In this document: positions 8,584-17,301 of the stretch, in pieces
How positions within the stretch are numbered: the first letter of the stretch is position 1
Layout: each line of letters starts with the position of its first letter
NCBI GenBank assembly: GCA_001803565.1
Contig: MHDQ01000189.1
Location: forward strand, 1-33,076
Direction: 5' to 3'
From: Nitrospinae bacterium RIFCSPLOWO2_12_FULL_45_22
Lineage (GTDB): Bacteria > 2-12-FULL-45-22
Length of the DNA stretch: 33,076 bases
The notes under the pieces: generated by a model
Seen by the model: only the letters and a program-made list of their open reading frames with translations
Databases searched by the model: none
Told to the model about the DNA's origin: nothing
Program-made: the position numbers and the translations under genes

Positions 8584-10530
8584 GTGAAAAAAATCTTTAT
8601 TTTTACTTTCCCTCTACCTTTTATAATTGGGGGCATTATTGCTATGTTTTTATTACGGGATGGAGGAGAGCCGCAAAAGGCTATGCCAGCCCCATCCGAG
8701 GCCCTTTTTATTGATGGGGATAAATATTTCCGTCAGGGTAAATACCAGGATGCTATAAGGGCTTATCAGGATGCCCGCCACCACTATCCTAAATCTAGCA
8801 AGGCCCCTAAAGCCCTATTTCAAATAGGGAGGTCTTATGAGCACTTGATGCTCTATCTGGAGGCAGCCGCAGTATATCAAACTTTTTTAGAGTTTTATCC
8901 TCAAGACCCGTTGACCCCGCAGGTTAAACTAGCTAAAGCCACTATGGCCCTTGGGTTAGAAAAACTCCAGGAGGCCCAGGACCAACTTATATATATAATC
9001 AACCAGTATCCTGACCCGCTTATCTCTTCCCAGGCCAAATACCTACTAGCGGATTGTTATTACAAACTAAAAGATTATCAAAATGCCCAAAAATATTATG
9101 AGATGGTCTTTTCCCCTACTCTCGCCTATCTCAGCACACACCAGCAGGGGTTTCTTCAGATGGGAGAAGTATATCTGGCCAATAAAGAATTTTCTAAGGC
9201 CAAACAAGTCTTGCTGAGACTAATAAACATATATCCCCAGGGCAATTATATTGATAAAGCCCTAACTATGTTGGGAGATTCTTTTTATGCCGAGGGAGAC
9301 CTGGAGAAGGCCCTGTTTATTTATGCCTACGCAGCCGAGCGCTACCCCAAGAGAGAATGGGGTCAGCGGAGTCGGCTTCGGCTGGCTAATTTAGGCCTGG
9401 AGAGAGTCCAGGGCCGGGATACAGAGCCATCGTCTCATAGTCCAGACTATTTGAACCCTTTAAAGGCCTATAAAGAGCTAGCCAAAGGAAGTATCTATCC
9501 CGAAGTATCAGCGCTTGCTCTAATGAAGCTAGGAGCCTATTTAGATCAACAAGGCGATTATCAAGGCGCCTATTATATCTTCAAAGAGATCGAGAGTGAA
9601 CATGTTGAGAATAGGCTCTATAAGCAGGCCCAATTGTCTGCTCAAGGGGCTATCAAAAGGTTAATAGACTCTCTCTATTACCAGAATGACTTTCTCTCGA
9701 TGGTGAAATTTTATCGGGAGAATAGAACAGAAATAGAACAGAGTTCTGATGCTCGTCTCCTCTTCTACCTGGCCAGCAGTTGCCAGAACTTGGGATTATA
9801 TGCTTTAGCGGTAAATTTATACGAGCGGGCGGACAAATATTCATCCAAAGCTGACGGATTAAGCCAGGAGATTCTGCTAAATTTAGGGGAAGCATATAAT
9901 CGAGATGAGAGATATGGCTTAGCAGAAAAGGTTATTAGAGACTTTTTACAAAATTTACGGGACAGGAATGCCCCCCCTATCTATAGGCGGGGTTTTCCAA
10001 CCCCGCAAAAAAAATCTTCAGAAGAAACCAACCAATGTCGTGCCTATCCTATTCTAATTAATGCCCTTTATCATCAGGAGAAATTTCCTGAAGCTATCAA
10101 TGCCTATGTCAGTAGCGCAAAACTATGTCCTACAAATAAAGACAATTTTTATATTAATTACCAAATAGGCGCTTCGTACCAGAAGACTGGTAACCTATCG
10201 GAAGCAAAAGCCTGCTTTGAGCAAGCCCTCCAACTATTACCCAAAACCCCCAATGAAGCGGATAAGGCTCTCCCATTATCTGGCAGCTTCCCGGTTCAAT
10301 TAGGAAACTCCCTCTATCGGGCTAAAGATTACAAGGCTGCTGCAGAGGTCTACAACGAGGCATTAAAATTGCCGGGGACAAAAGATATGCTCCCGTGGAT
10401 AATCTACCAATTGGGGCGCTCTTATCAGAAACAAGGCTTAACAAAAGAGGCCCGAAAGACCTATAAGAAGTTGCTTTCTCAGACTAATGACCCGTTTTGG
10501 AAAGATCTGGCTCAGGTCTGGTTAGATTAA
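8584..10530 (+). CDS. Membrane-anchored multi-TPR protein (flagellar-cluster associated)
   Basis: N-terminal hydrophobic helix and many TPR/BamD-like repeats (ALFQIGRSY...A...YQ...YP). GTG start. Confidence 0.85.
   Translation: MKKIFIFTFPLPFIIGGIIAMFLLRDGGEPQKAMPAPSEALFIDGDKYFRQGKYQDAIRAYQDARHHYPKSSKAPKALFQIGRSYEHLMLYLEAAAVYQTFLEFYPQDPLTPQVKLAKATMALGLEKLQEAQDQLIYIINQYPDPLISSQAKYLLADCYYKLKDYQNAQKYYEMVFSPTLAYLSTHQQGFLQMGEVYLANKEFSKAKQVLLRLINIYPQGNYIDKALTMLGDSFYAEGDLEKALFIYAYAAERYPKREWGQRSRLRLANLGLERVQGRDTEPSSHSPDYLNPLKAYKELAKGSIYPEVSALALMKLGAYLDQQGDYQGAYYIFKEIESEHVENRLYKQAQLSAQGAIKRLIDSLYYQNDFLSMVKFYRENRTEIEQSSDARLLFYLASSCQNLGLYALAVNLYERADKYSSKADGLSQEILLNLGEAYNRDERYGLAEKVIRDFLQNLRDRNAPPIYRRGFPTPQKKSSEETNQCRAYPILINALYHQEKFPEAINAYVSSAKLCPTNKDNFYINYQIGASYQKTGNLSEAKACFEQALQLLPKTPNEADKALPLSGSFPVQLGNSLYRAKDYKAAAEVYNEALKLPGTKDMLPWIIYQLGRSYQKQGLTKEARKTYKKLLSQTNDPFWKDLAQVWLD
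9958..10006. repeat. GATAG-type REP-like doublet in frame inside the TPR gene
   Basis: CGGGACAGGAATGCCCCCCCTATC + TATAGGCGGGGTTTTCCAACCCCGC, homologous to 32187-32252. Confidence 0.75.
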
Positions 10531-10639
10531 GGAATAAGGTAACTGTTTAGCCACGGATGGACACGGATATACACAAATGTACAAAAATCCGTTTCAATGC
10601 AAAATGCAAAATTAGCAATTAGCATTTTCAAAATCAATT

Positions 10640-10770
10640 AAGTGTGGCTATTCTTTGTCATAACGCCTAAATAATACAATTTGTAGTGGTCGAGCTTGCT
10701 CGACATTCCTAGCAGAGCAAGCTCTGCCACTACAGGGTTAATTGAATTTTGACAGAAAATAGCCACACCC
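10640..10770. mobile_element. 131-bp MITE with terminal inverted repeats and 9-bp target-site duplication
   Basis: TIRs AAGTGTGGCTATTCTTTGTCA / TGACAGAAAATAGCCACACCC; AAATCAATT at both 10631-10639 and 10771-10779; a single AAATCAATT in the homologous empty site at 17234-17242. Confidence 0.85.
10683..10733. repeat. GTAG REP inverted doublet (REPIN-like) inside the MITE
   Basis: GTAGTG-GTCGAGC-TT-GCTCGAC attccta GCAGAGC-AA-GCTCTGC-CACTAC. Confidence 0.85.
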
Positions 10771-10888
10771 AAATCAATTCCTCATTGTTAATTTTGCCAT
10801 GAAGGCAGAAATTGATCAGTGTTCATCCGTGTGTATCCGTGGCAAATATTTATAAGACTTTATTTGGCTAAACTGTTAAGGGATAAGA

Positions 10889-12175
10889 ATGAATAATACA
10901 ACATTAACAAAGACTAACGGCCAGGGCAAGATGGAGATGCTATTCCAGGCCTTTAATACCTTCAATGAAACGGCCTTAAAGCTGAATGAATATTACCAGG
11001 GTCTAGAACAACAAGTCAAAAGTCTCAATATTGAGCTAGAAAGGAAAAATAGAGAGCTAGAAAAAAATCTGGAAGAAAAGGAGCAGGTAAAAAATTATCT
11101 CCATAATATCCTGGAGAGCCTCTCTACTGGTGTATTGGTGCTTGATATTAAAGGCCGAGTTACTACTAGAAACCGTGCCTTCCAAAAGATTACCAACGGA
11201 AGGATCAAGGAGGTTAAAGACTTTATCTCCAGGCAAGTTGGGGAAACGAAATCTGGCTATTTAGAGCTAAAGGGTAAGGCGAGAAACGGTTGTGTACTGC
11301 GCCTTAAGAGATTCCCCTTAATAGCCGCTAATCAGGAAACCAAGGGCACGGTAATCACCCTGGAAGATATAACCCGCTTGAAGAGGCTGGAGGAACAGGT
11401 CAGCCGGAACAGTCGTCTCGAGGCCATGGGCGAAATGGCAGTAAATATTGCCCATGAAATAAGAAACCCCCTGGGTAGTATCGAACTATTTGCCTCTTTG
11501 CTGAAGCGAGATTTTAGCAAGGGCGACGAGCGGAGGAAGTTGGTAGAGCATATTATCTCTGGGGTCAAGAGTCTAAACCAGGTTATTTCCAATACTCTAC
11601 TCTTTACTCATACCCTCATCCCCAACTTTCAAAAAGTTAATCTTTCCTCTCTACTGGATGAAGCCCTGGTCTTTTCTAGCCATATTGTTAAGGAGAACAG
11701 GATTAAGGTTAGTAAAGAGTATAGCCCGAAAAATTTCCTCTTATTATATGCCGATAGCGCTTTATTGAAGCAATTATTCCTTAACCTCATTTTAAACGCA
11801 GTTCAGGCCATGCCGGATGGCGGTTATTTGAAAATAGCTACCGCTGTAATAAGGGAAACTATAGACAATGGCAATGGAAGGGTTCAGAGTGAAATGTTGG
11901 AGATAAAGATTGCTGATACAGGCATGGGTATGAATCGAGCAGTTCGTGAGAAGGTCTTCGACCCTTTCTTTACTACCCGGCAAGGTGGCACTGGTTTAGG
12001 GCTGACTATAGCCCACCGCATAATAGAAGCCCATGGGGGGACTATAGGGGTAGAGAGCCAGCCAAGAAAAGGAACAACTTTTACTCTCGGCTTACCCCTA
12101 CAAAGTGAAAAAAAAACCGCAGAGACACAGAGACACAGAGACATAGAGAATGGACCTAAACCAGATCACCGATAG
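10889..12175 (+). CDS. Cytoplasmic PAS sensor histidine kinase, FlrB/FleS/FlgS-like
   Basis: Coiled-coil N-terminus (AFNTFNETALKL..YY..LE), PAS-like segment, AHEIRNPLGSIELFASLL H-box, NAVQAM, DTGMG, FDPFFTT and GTGLGL. Confidence 0.9.
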   Translation: MNNTTLTKTNGQGKMEMLFQAFNTFNETALKLNEYYQGLEQQVKSLNIELERKNRELEKNLEEKEQVKNYLHNILESLSTGVLVLDIKGRVTTRNRAFQKITNGRIKEVKDFISRQVGETKSGYLELKGKARNGCVLRLKRFPLIAANQETKGTVITLEDITRLKRLEEQVSRNSRLEAMGEMAVNIAHEIRNPLGSIELFASLLKRDFSKGDERRKLVEHIISGVKSLNQVISNTLLFTHTLIPNFQKVNLSSLLDEALVFSSHIVKENRIKVSKEYSPKNFLLLYADSALLKQLFLNLILNAVQAMPDGGYLKIATAVIRETIDNGNGRVQSEMLEIKIADTGMGMNRAVREKVFDPFFTTRQGGTGLGLTIAHRIIEAHGGTIGVESQPRKGTTFTLGLPLQSEKKTAETQRHRDIENGPKPDHR

Positions 12176-12204
12176 TCTTCTCTGCGTCTTCGCGCCTCTG
12201 CGGT
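12116..12204. repeat. Inverted-repeat element with 8-9-nt periodic arms, overlapping the kinase 3' end
   Basis: ACCGCAGAGACACAGAGACACAGAGAC ... CTCTGCGTCTTCGCGCCTCTGCGGT. Confidence 0.75.
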
Positions 12205-12227
12205 GAAGCCTTACATCTTATTTAGCT

Positions 12228-13556
12228 ATGATGACGAGTAAAGCTATATTGATAGTAGATGACGATAAGGATATGCGTTTGGCTTTACAAGAGACCCTTA
12301 CCCGCCGGGGCTATGGCACAACCCTGGCCTGTAATGGTATAGAGGCGCTAGAGAGAATGCGAGAAAAAGAATACCAGGCCATTATAGCCGACATAAAGAT
12401 GCCAGGGATGAGTGGGGTAGAAATGCTACAAGAAGTAAAAAAGAAGGGGCTTAACACACCTCTTATTTTAATCACTGCTTACGGAAAGATCGAAGATGCC
12501 GTTGAAGCTATGAAAGCTGGGGCGTTTGATTATATTCAGAAGCCTTTTTCTAGCGAGGCCGTAGAGGCTATAGTAGATAAGGCCCTGGAACAGAATAATA
12601 AAAAGGCCACTAAGAGGCGCCACATGCCTAAAGGTGAAATCATAACTAATGATCCTGCTATGCAAAAGATTATAGAGTTGGCTAGTATGGTGGCCCCTAC
12701 CCGGGCTCCTTTCTTGATCCAGGGAGAGAGTGGGACTGGCAAAGAAGTACTGGCTCGCTTTATTCACAATCACAGCCCGCGGAAAGAGTATCCCTTTATT
12801 GCCATAAACTGCGCAGCATTACCAGAGGGATTACTAGAGAGCGAGCTGTTTGGGCATGAAAAAGGTTCTTTTACTGGCGCTATAAGTCGCAAACTAGGCA
12901 AGTTTGAACTGGCTCAAGGCGGGACCTTGATGCTGGATGAAATTAGTGAGATGAACCTCCATCTGCAGGCAAAGTTATTACGGGTCTTGCAGGAATACGA
13001 GATAGATCGCCTGGGAGGGCGAGAGCCGATCTCTATTGATGTGAGGATAATAGCTACCACCAATAGAGACCTGGGGGAAGCCATAGCCGAGAAGAAGTTT
13101 CGGGAAGACCTTTTCTACCGGTTGAATGTAGTCTCTTTAGTCATTCCTCCGTTACGCGAAAGGCGGGAAGACATACCCTTATTAACCGACCATTTTATGC
13201 ACAAATACAGCCGAGACAACGGCAAAGGTAGCAAAGTAGTTTCCAAGAATGCCTTAAGCCTATTAATGGAATACCCCTGGCCCGGTAATGTCAGAGAGCT
13301 AGAAAATATCATTGAAAGAGCCGTCATCCTCAGCCGCGATAATACCCTTTCTCCTAAAGATATCTCTTTGCCATTCCCTCTTTCCGTTAAAGCAGAGGTA
13401 GGGGAAAATGGCAAACAGTGTTCCATGAAAGATATGGAGAAGGCATTAATCCTTAAGACATTAACTGAATATAACAACAATAGGACCCATACTGCTAAGA
13501 CCCTGGGTATCAGCATAAGAACTTTGAGAAACAAACTAAAAGAATATCGCTCTTAA
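12228..13556 (+). CDS. Sigma54-dependent response regulator, FlrC/FleR/FlgR-like (REC-AAA+-Fis HTH)
   Basis: REC domain (IVDDD, ADIKMPG); GESGTGKE; ESELFGHEKGSFTGA; LDEI; WPGNVREL; NRTHTAKTLGISIRTLRNKL. Confidence 0.93.
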   Translation: MMTSKAILIVDDDKDMRLALQETLTRRGYGTTLACNGIEALERMREKEYQAIIADIKMPGMSGVEMLQEVKKKGLNTPLILITAYGKIEDAVEAMKAGAFDYIQKPFSSEAVEAIVDKALEQNNKKATKRRHMPKGEIITNDPAMQKIIELASMVAPTRAPFLIQGESGTGKEVLARFIHNHSPRKEYPFIAINCAALPEGLLESELFGHEKGSFTGAISRKLGKFELAQGGTLMLDEISEMNLHLQAKLLRVLQEYEIDRLGGREPISIDVRIIATTNRDLGEAIAEKKFREDLFYRLNVVSLVIPPLRERREDIPLLTDHFMHKYSRDNGKGSKVVSKNALSLLMEYPWPGNVRELENIIERAVILSRDNTLSPKDISLPFPLSVKAEVGENGKQCSMKDMEKALILKTLTEYNNNRTHTAKTLGISIRTLRNKLKEYRS

Positions 13557-13624
13557 GGAGTGAGGAGTAAGGGGTGAGGCGTGAGGGGGAAAATATTTTA
13601 CTTACCTACCCCTAACGTCTCACG
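13557..13624. repeat. Inverted array of 7-nt repeats (GTGAGGN / NCCTCAC type)
   Basis: GTGAGGA GTAAGGG GTGAGGC GTGAGGG ... CTTAC..CCCTAAC GTCTCACG. Confidence 0.65.
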
Positions 13625-13666
13625 ATAAGTTTATCTGAGTGCTAAAGGCTCACAAGAGGAGAACTT

Positions 13667-15298
13667 ATGGACAGTATTATTAATCTTGTTAAATCATATC
13701 TGCTTCAACTGGAGGCTATCTTTAAGGCCCTATCGCTGTCCAAAAAAATTATCCTATTAGTGTTACTCTCCCTGGTAGGGGCTATCCTGCTCTTGACGGC
13801 CCTCTACATACACAGACCTGATTATCAACTGCTATACTCCCACCTGACACCGGAAGATGCTGCCGCCATTGTAGAAAAACTGAAGGAGGATAAAGTTCCT
13901 TACCATCTGGCTGCAGACGGGACTTCTATCCTGGTTCCATCGGGCAAAAAATATGATGTGAGGCTGGGGTTGGCCGCAGAGGGATTACCCCGGGGTGGGG
14001 CTATAGGGTTTGAGATTTTTGACCGTACTAACTGGGGTATGACCAGTTTTACGGAGAGACTAAATTTCCAGCGAGCCTTACAAGGAGAGCTGGCCAGAAC
14101 TATCATTAATCTAGACGAAGTAGAGCAAGCACGGGTGCATATAGTACTGCCAGAAAAGGCGATATTTAAAGAGGATCAGAAAAAGGCTACTGCTTCAGTA
14201 ATAGTGAAGATTGCCTCTGGTAGGGATCTTGGCCGAGAACAAGTACCGGGGATTATACACCTGGTAGCCAGTAGTGTAGAAGGATTAGACCCCCAAGAAG
14301 TTACCATATTAGATACCCGAGGCCGGATATTGTCCGGGGATAAGAATGCCAGCCCCGGCTACCAGCTCACCAACTTCCAGATTGATATCAAGCAAAAGCT
14401 AGAAAAGGATATGGAACAACGTATCCAGAGTATGCTCGAACAGATTCTGGGCCGGAACAAGGCTATTGTGCGAGTATCAGCCGATCTAGACTTTCGCCAG
14501 GTAGAGAGCACAGAAGAAGGTTATGACCCCCAGAGGGTAGTAGTCCGGAGTGAACAAAGGAGCGAAGAGAAGTCTTTAGGGGGAGGGGCTATCGCTATGG
14601 GCGTACCGGGGGCCAGTACAAAAATACCTTCCCCTACCACTCCTGGCACTGCCCCCTCAGCGGCAGAGGCTCCACAAAAAACTTCTTCGCAATCTCAGAG
14701 ACAAACAGAGACCATAAATTATGAGATAAGCAAAATAACAAAACGGATAGTAAGCCCTTATAGTGAAGTAAAGAGGCTATCGGTAGCAGTGCTGGTAGAC
14801 GGTATTTATAAGAAAAAAAAGGATGGTATACATGAGTATATAGCCAGATCGGCTGGAGAGCTGGCGAAACTAGAAGATCTGGTCAAAGGAGCTATGGGGT
14901 TTGATGCCAAGAGGGGAGACCAGTTGCAAATGGTTAATGTTCCCGTTGATAACTCCATATTAGAAACAGAGGTAGAAACAATGGGTGAGGGCTATTGGCC
15001 GTATTGGCTGATTCCATTACTCCCGGTCCTAAAGAAGAGTTTATCCCTAATCATTATCCTCATTCTATTCTCTCTATTCATATTGAAACCCTTACTCAAT
15101 TGGTTATCCCGGAGTGAGCTGGAGTTAAGTCTCCCCAAAGAGCTACCTAAGAGCCTAAAAGAGTTAGAAATTGAGGCCGGCTCACCACTAAAAGAGATGT
15201 CAGGCTTGAGTTCACGAGAAAAAGCGATAGAGATTGCTAAGAGTGCCCCCAGCCGCGCTGCTCAACTAGCCAAAGAATGGCTTAGCGAAGGAGATTAA
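13667..15298 (+). CDS. fliF: Flagellar MS-ring protein FliF
   Basis: GLPRGGAIGFEIFD, FQRALQGELARTI, ARVHIVLP, ASV, NYEISK, RLSVAVLVDG and GFDAKRGD; two TM segments. Confidence 0.96.
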   Translation: MDSIINLVKSYLLQLEAIFKALSLSKKIILLVLLSLVGAILLLTALYIHRPDYQLLYSHLTPEDAAAIVEKLKEDKVPYHLAADGTSILVPSGKKYDVRLGLAAEGLPRGGAIGFEIFDRTNWGMTSFTERLNFQRALQGELARTIINLDEVEQARVHIVLPEKAIFKEDQKKATASVIVKIASGRDLGREQVPGIIHLVASSVEGLDPQEVTILDTRGRILSGDKNASPGYQLTNFQIDIKQKLEKDMEQRIQSMLEQILGRNKAIVRVSADLDFRQVESTEEGYDPQRVVVRSEQRSEEKSLGGGAIAMGVPGASTKIPSPTTPGTAPSAAEAPQKTSSQSQRQTETINYEISKITKRIVSPYSEVKRLSVAVLVDGIYKKKKDGIHEYIARSAGELAKLEDLVKGAMGFDAKRGDQLQMVNVPVDNSILETEVETMGEGYWPYWLIPLLPVLKKSLSLIIILILFSLFILKPLLNWLSRSELELSLPKELPKSLKELEIEAGSPLKEMSGLSSREKAIEIAKSAPSRAAQLAKEWLSEGD

Positions 15299-15303
15299 AC
15301 AAG

Positions 15304-16320
15304 ATGGAAAGAACCACCCCGACTGGACCGCAAAAAGCCGCTATCCTTTTCCTCTCCCTGGGAGAAGATATCGCCTCAGAGGTATTGAAAAACCTGGAAG
15401 ATGATGAGATCCAAAAAATAACTAGGTCTATGAGCCGACTGAAAAATATCTCCCAAGAAGATATTCAGAAGGTACTGGACGAATTTTATCACCGCACCAC
15501 CTCAGGTGTTATATCCCCTCAGGGGGGTGAAAATTATATAAAACGGGTGATTGCTAAAGCTTTAGGCGAGAGGCGGGCTGAAGAGATAGTCAGAAATATA
15601 GCTTCTGGCTATAAAGGGAATAAGGTCTCCTTCCAACAGTCTATCCGGAGCCTTGACCCTAAAGCCATAGCAGTTTTAGTAGCTAACGAACATCCCCAAG
15701 TTACCTCCGTGATATTGGCTCATTTGCCACCAGAACGTACTGCCCAGGTACTGGCACTACTGCCTGAGGAATTAAGGCTGGAAGTTATCCTTAGGTTTAG
15801 CCACACAGATAGCGTAACGGCAGAGGTATTAGAGGTGATAGACGAGGTTCTGCAGAAAAAGGTAGATAGATTAGGGAGCAAAGAGAGTCAAAAGCTCGGG
15901 GGGGTGCAGAAGGTAGCTGAGGTGCTGAATCAGATGGACAAAGTAAATCAGGAGGCCCTGCTGGAGCACCTGGGAGAAAGAGAACCCTCCTTAGCCGATG
16001 AGATTAGACAGTTGATGTTCGCTTTTGAGGACCTGATCCTCCTGGATAGCAGGGGTATCCAGACCCTCTTGAAAGAGACTAATAACCAAGAACTGGCCAA
16101 GGCCCTTAAAGCGGCCAGTGAGACGATAAAGAACCTCTTCTTCAAAAATATGTCTGAACGGGCAGTCAATATGCTTAAGGAAGATATGGAGGTTATGGGC
16201 CCGATTAGGTTAAGAGATGTAGAATCTGCCCAACAGAATATTGTCCGAACTGCCCGGAGAATGGAACAAGAAGGCAAAATAACTATCAGAGGGCGAGGAG
16301 AAGAAGATGCCCTGGTCTAA
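15304..16320 (+). CDS. fliG: Flagellar motor switch protein FliG
   Basis: GPQKAAILFLSLGE, EHPQ, GGVQKVAE, MFAFEDL and NMSERA...EDM..MGPIRLRDVESAQ. Confidence 0.97.
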   Translation: MERTTPTGPQKAAILFLSLGEDIASEVLKNLEDDEIQKITRSMSRLKNISQEDIQKVLDEFYHRTTSGVISPQGGENYIKRVIAKALGERRAEEIVRNIASGYKGNKVSFQQSIRSLDPKAIAVLVANEHPQVTSVILAHLPPERTAQVLALLPEELRLEVILRFSHTDSVTAEVLEVIDEVLQKKVDRLGSKESQKLGGVQKVAEVLNQMDKVNQEALLEHLGEREPSLADEIRQLMFAFEDLILLDSRGIQTLLKETNNQELAKALKAASETIKNLFFKNMSERAVNMLKEDMEVMGPIRLRDVESAQQNIVRTARRMEQEGKITIRGRGEEDALV

Positions 16321-17023
16321 GGTAATAAAATCTCTTGAGATTGATAACCATGAAGTAAATAACTTTTCCCTGGGGACAATGAGGGTGGGGAAAATACAGG
16401 AATTTGTCCCTATGAAGAAAAAGGAAGAAATAAGGGAGCCGCAGGAAGAATATTCGCGCCTTATCCGGGAAGCAGAAATAGAGGCCAGGAAGATAAAAGA
16501 AGAAGCCTATAGAAAAGGGTTCTCAGAGGGTAAGGAAGAGGGCCTCAGAATGGCCCAAGAAAGGGCAGAGAGGTTGTTTAAAGAGATCCGAACATATATG
16601 GATAGATTAGAGGATCTGGAAGAAGACCTATGCAGAGAGAGTGAGCGGGAAGTAGTGGAATTAGCCCTGGCCATTGCCCGAAAGATTATCATCCGAGAAA
16701 TAACGACTGATCCTCTCACCATTGCTCATATCGCCCGCGCAGCCCTTGAAAAAATCCCTTTTTCCCTACAGATCAAGATTCGAGTAAACCCGGCAGATTG
16801 GGAATATATAACAAAAAAACCCTTTGATACTGGAAAATATAAGGATATTGCCTTTGAACCGGATAATACCATAAATCCAGGGGGATGTTATATAGAAACA
16901 GAGTTTGGGGACATTGATGCCCGCTGGGAGGAGCAACTACAAGAGATAGAGAGATTATTTAAGGGTCTAATACCTAAGCCGGGTAAGGCCGATAAGAAAG
17001 GGAGAAGGACCAAAAAAAACTAG
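16307..17023 (+). CDS. fliH: Flagellar assembly protein FliH
   Basis: AYRKGFSEGKEEG GxxxG repeats, IRVNPAD and GGCYIETEFGDIDA. Confidence 0.93.
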   Translation: MPWSKVIKSLEIDNHEVNNFSLGTMRVGKIQEFVPMKKKEEIREPQEEYSRLIREAEIEARKIKEEAYRKGFSEGKEEGLRMAQERAERLFKEIRTYMDRLEDLEEDLCRESEREVVELALAIARKIIIREITTDPLTIAHIARAALEKIPFSLQIKIRVNPADWEYITKKPFDTGKYKDIAFEPDNTINPGGCYIETEFGDIDARWEEQLQEIERLFKGLIPKPGKADKKGRRTKKN

Positions 17024-17040
17024 CACAGTTACTCACGTAT

Positions 17041-17270
17041 AGAGTACCCGGCTCTGCCACTACAGTCCACAGAATAGCTTGTAGCTGGTAGTGGTTGAGT
17101 CTTCGGGCTGAGGCCCTCGAGGCCTAAGGCTTGCTCAACTCTTTCTAGACCATTTGCCGCTCCTTGATGACTTAGTGCCTTGGTGGCTGAAGGGTTACCA
17201 AGGCAAAATGCAAAATTAGCAATTAGCATTTCAAAATCAATTGTTAATTTTGCACTGAAGACAAAAATTG
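17041..17270. repeat. Cluster of REP-like hairpins and periodic-repeat arms between fliH and fliI
   Basis: AGAGTACCCGGCTCTGCCACTAC (17041); GTAGTGGTTGAG[insert]GCTTGCTCAAC (17088-17139); CTTAGTGCCTTGGTGGCTGAAGGGTTACC (17171-17199); GCAAAATGCAAAATTAGCAAT...ATTGTTAATTTTGCA (17203-17254). Confidence 0.75.
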
Positions 17271-17301
17271 TTCCGTATTTATTCGGTGTAGGGAGTCAAA
17301 C

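Larger units (their letters stand above)
10538..10877. repeat. Nested composite of palindromic elements
   Basis: Outer arms GCCACGGATGGACACGGATATACAC (10550) / GTGTTCATCCGTGTGTATCCGTGGC (10819-10843) enclose a GCAAAATGCAAAATTAGCAAT element that is also seen at 17203. Confidence 0.8.

Noticed and set aside
12108-14820. Poly-A tracts (12108-12116, 14813-14820) as phase-variation sites
   Set aside because: They are short Lys-codon runs in A-rich genes and the reading frames are intact.
17029-17229. 66-aa minus-strand ORF between fliH and fliI
   Set aside because: It is made of REP and periodic-repeat sequence, is antisense to the operon and has no recognisable domain.
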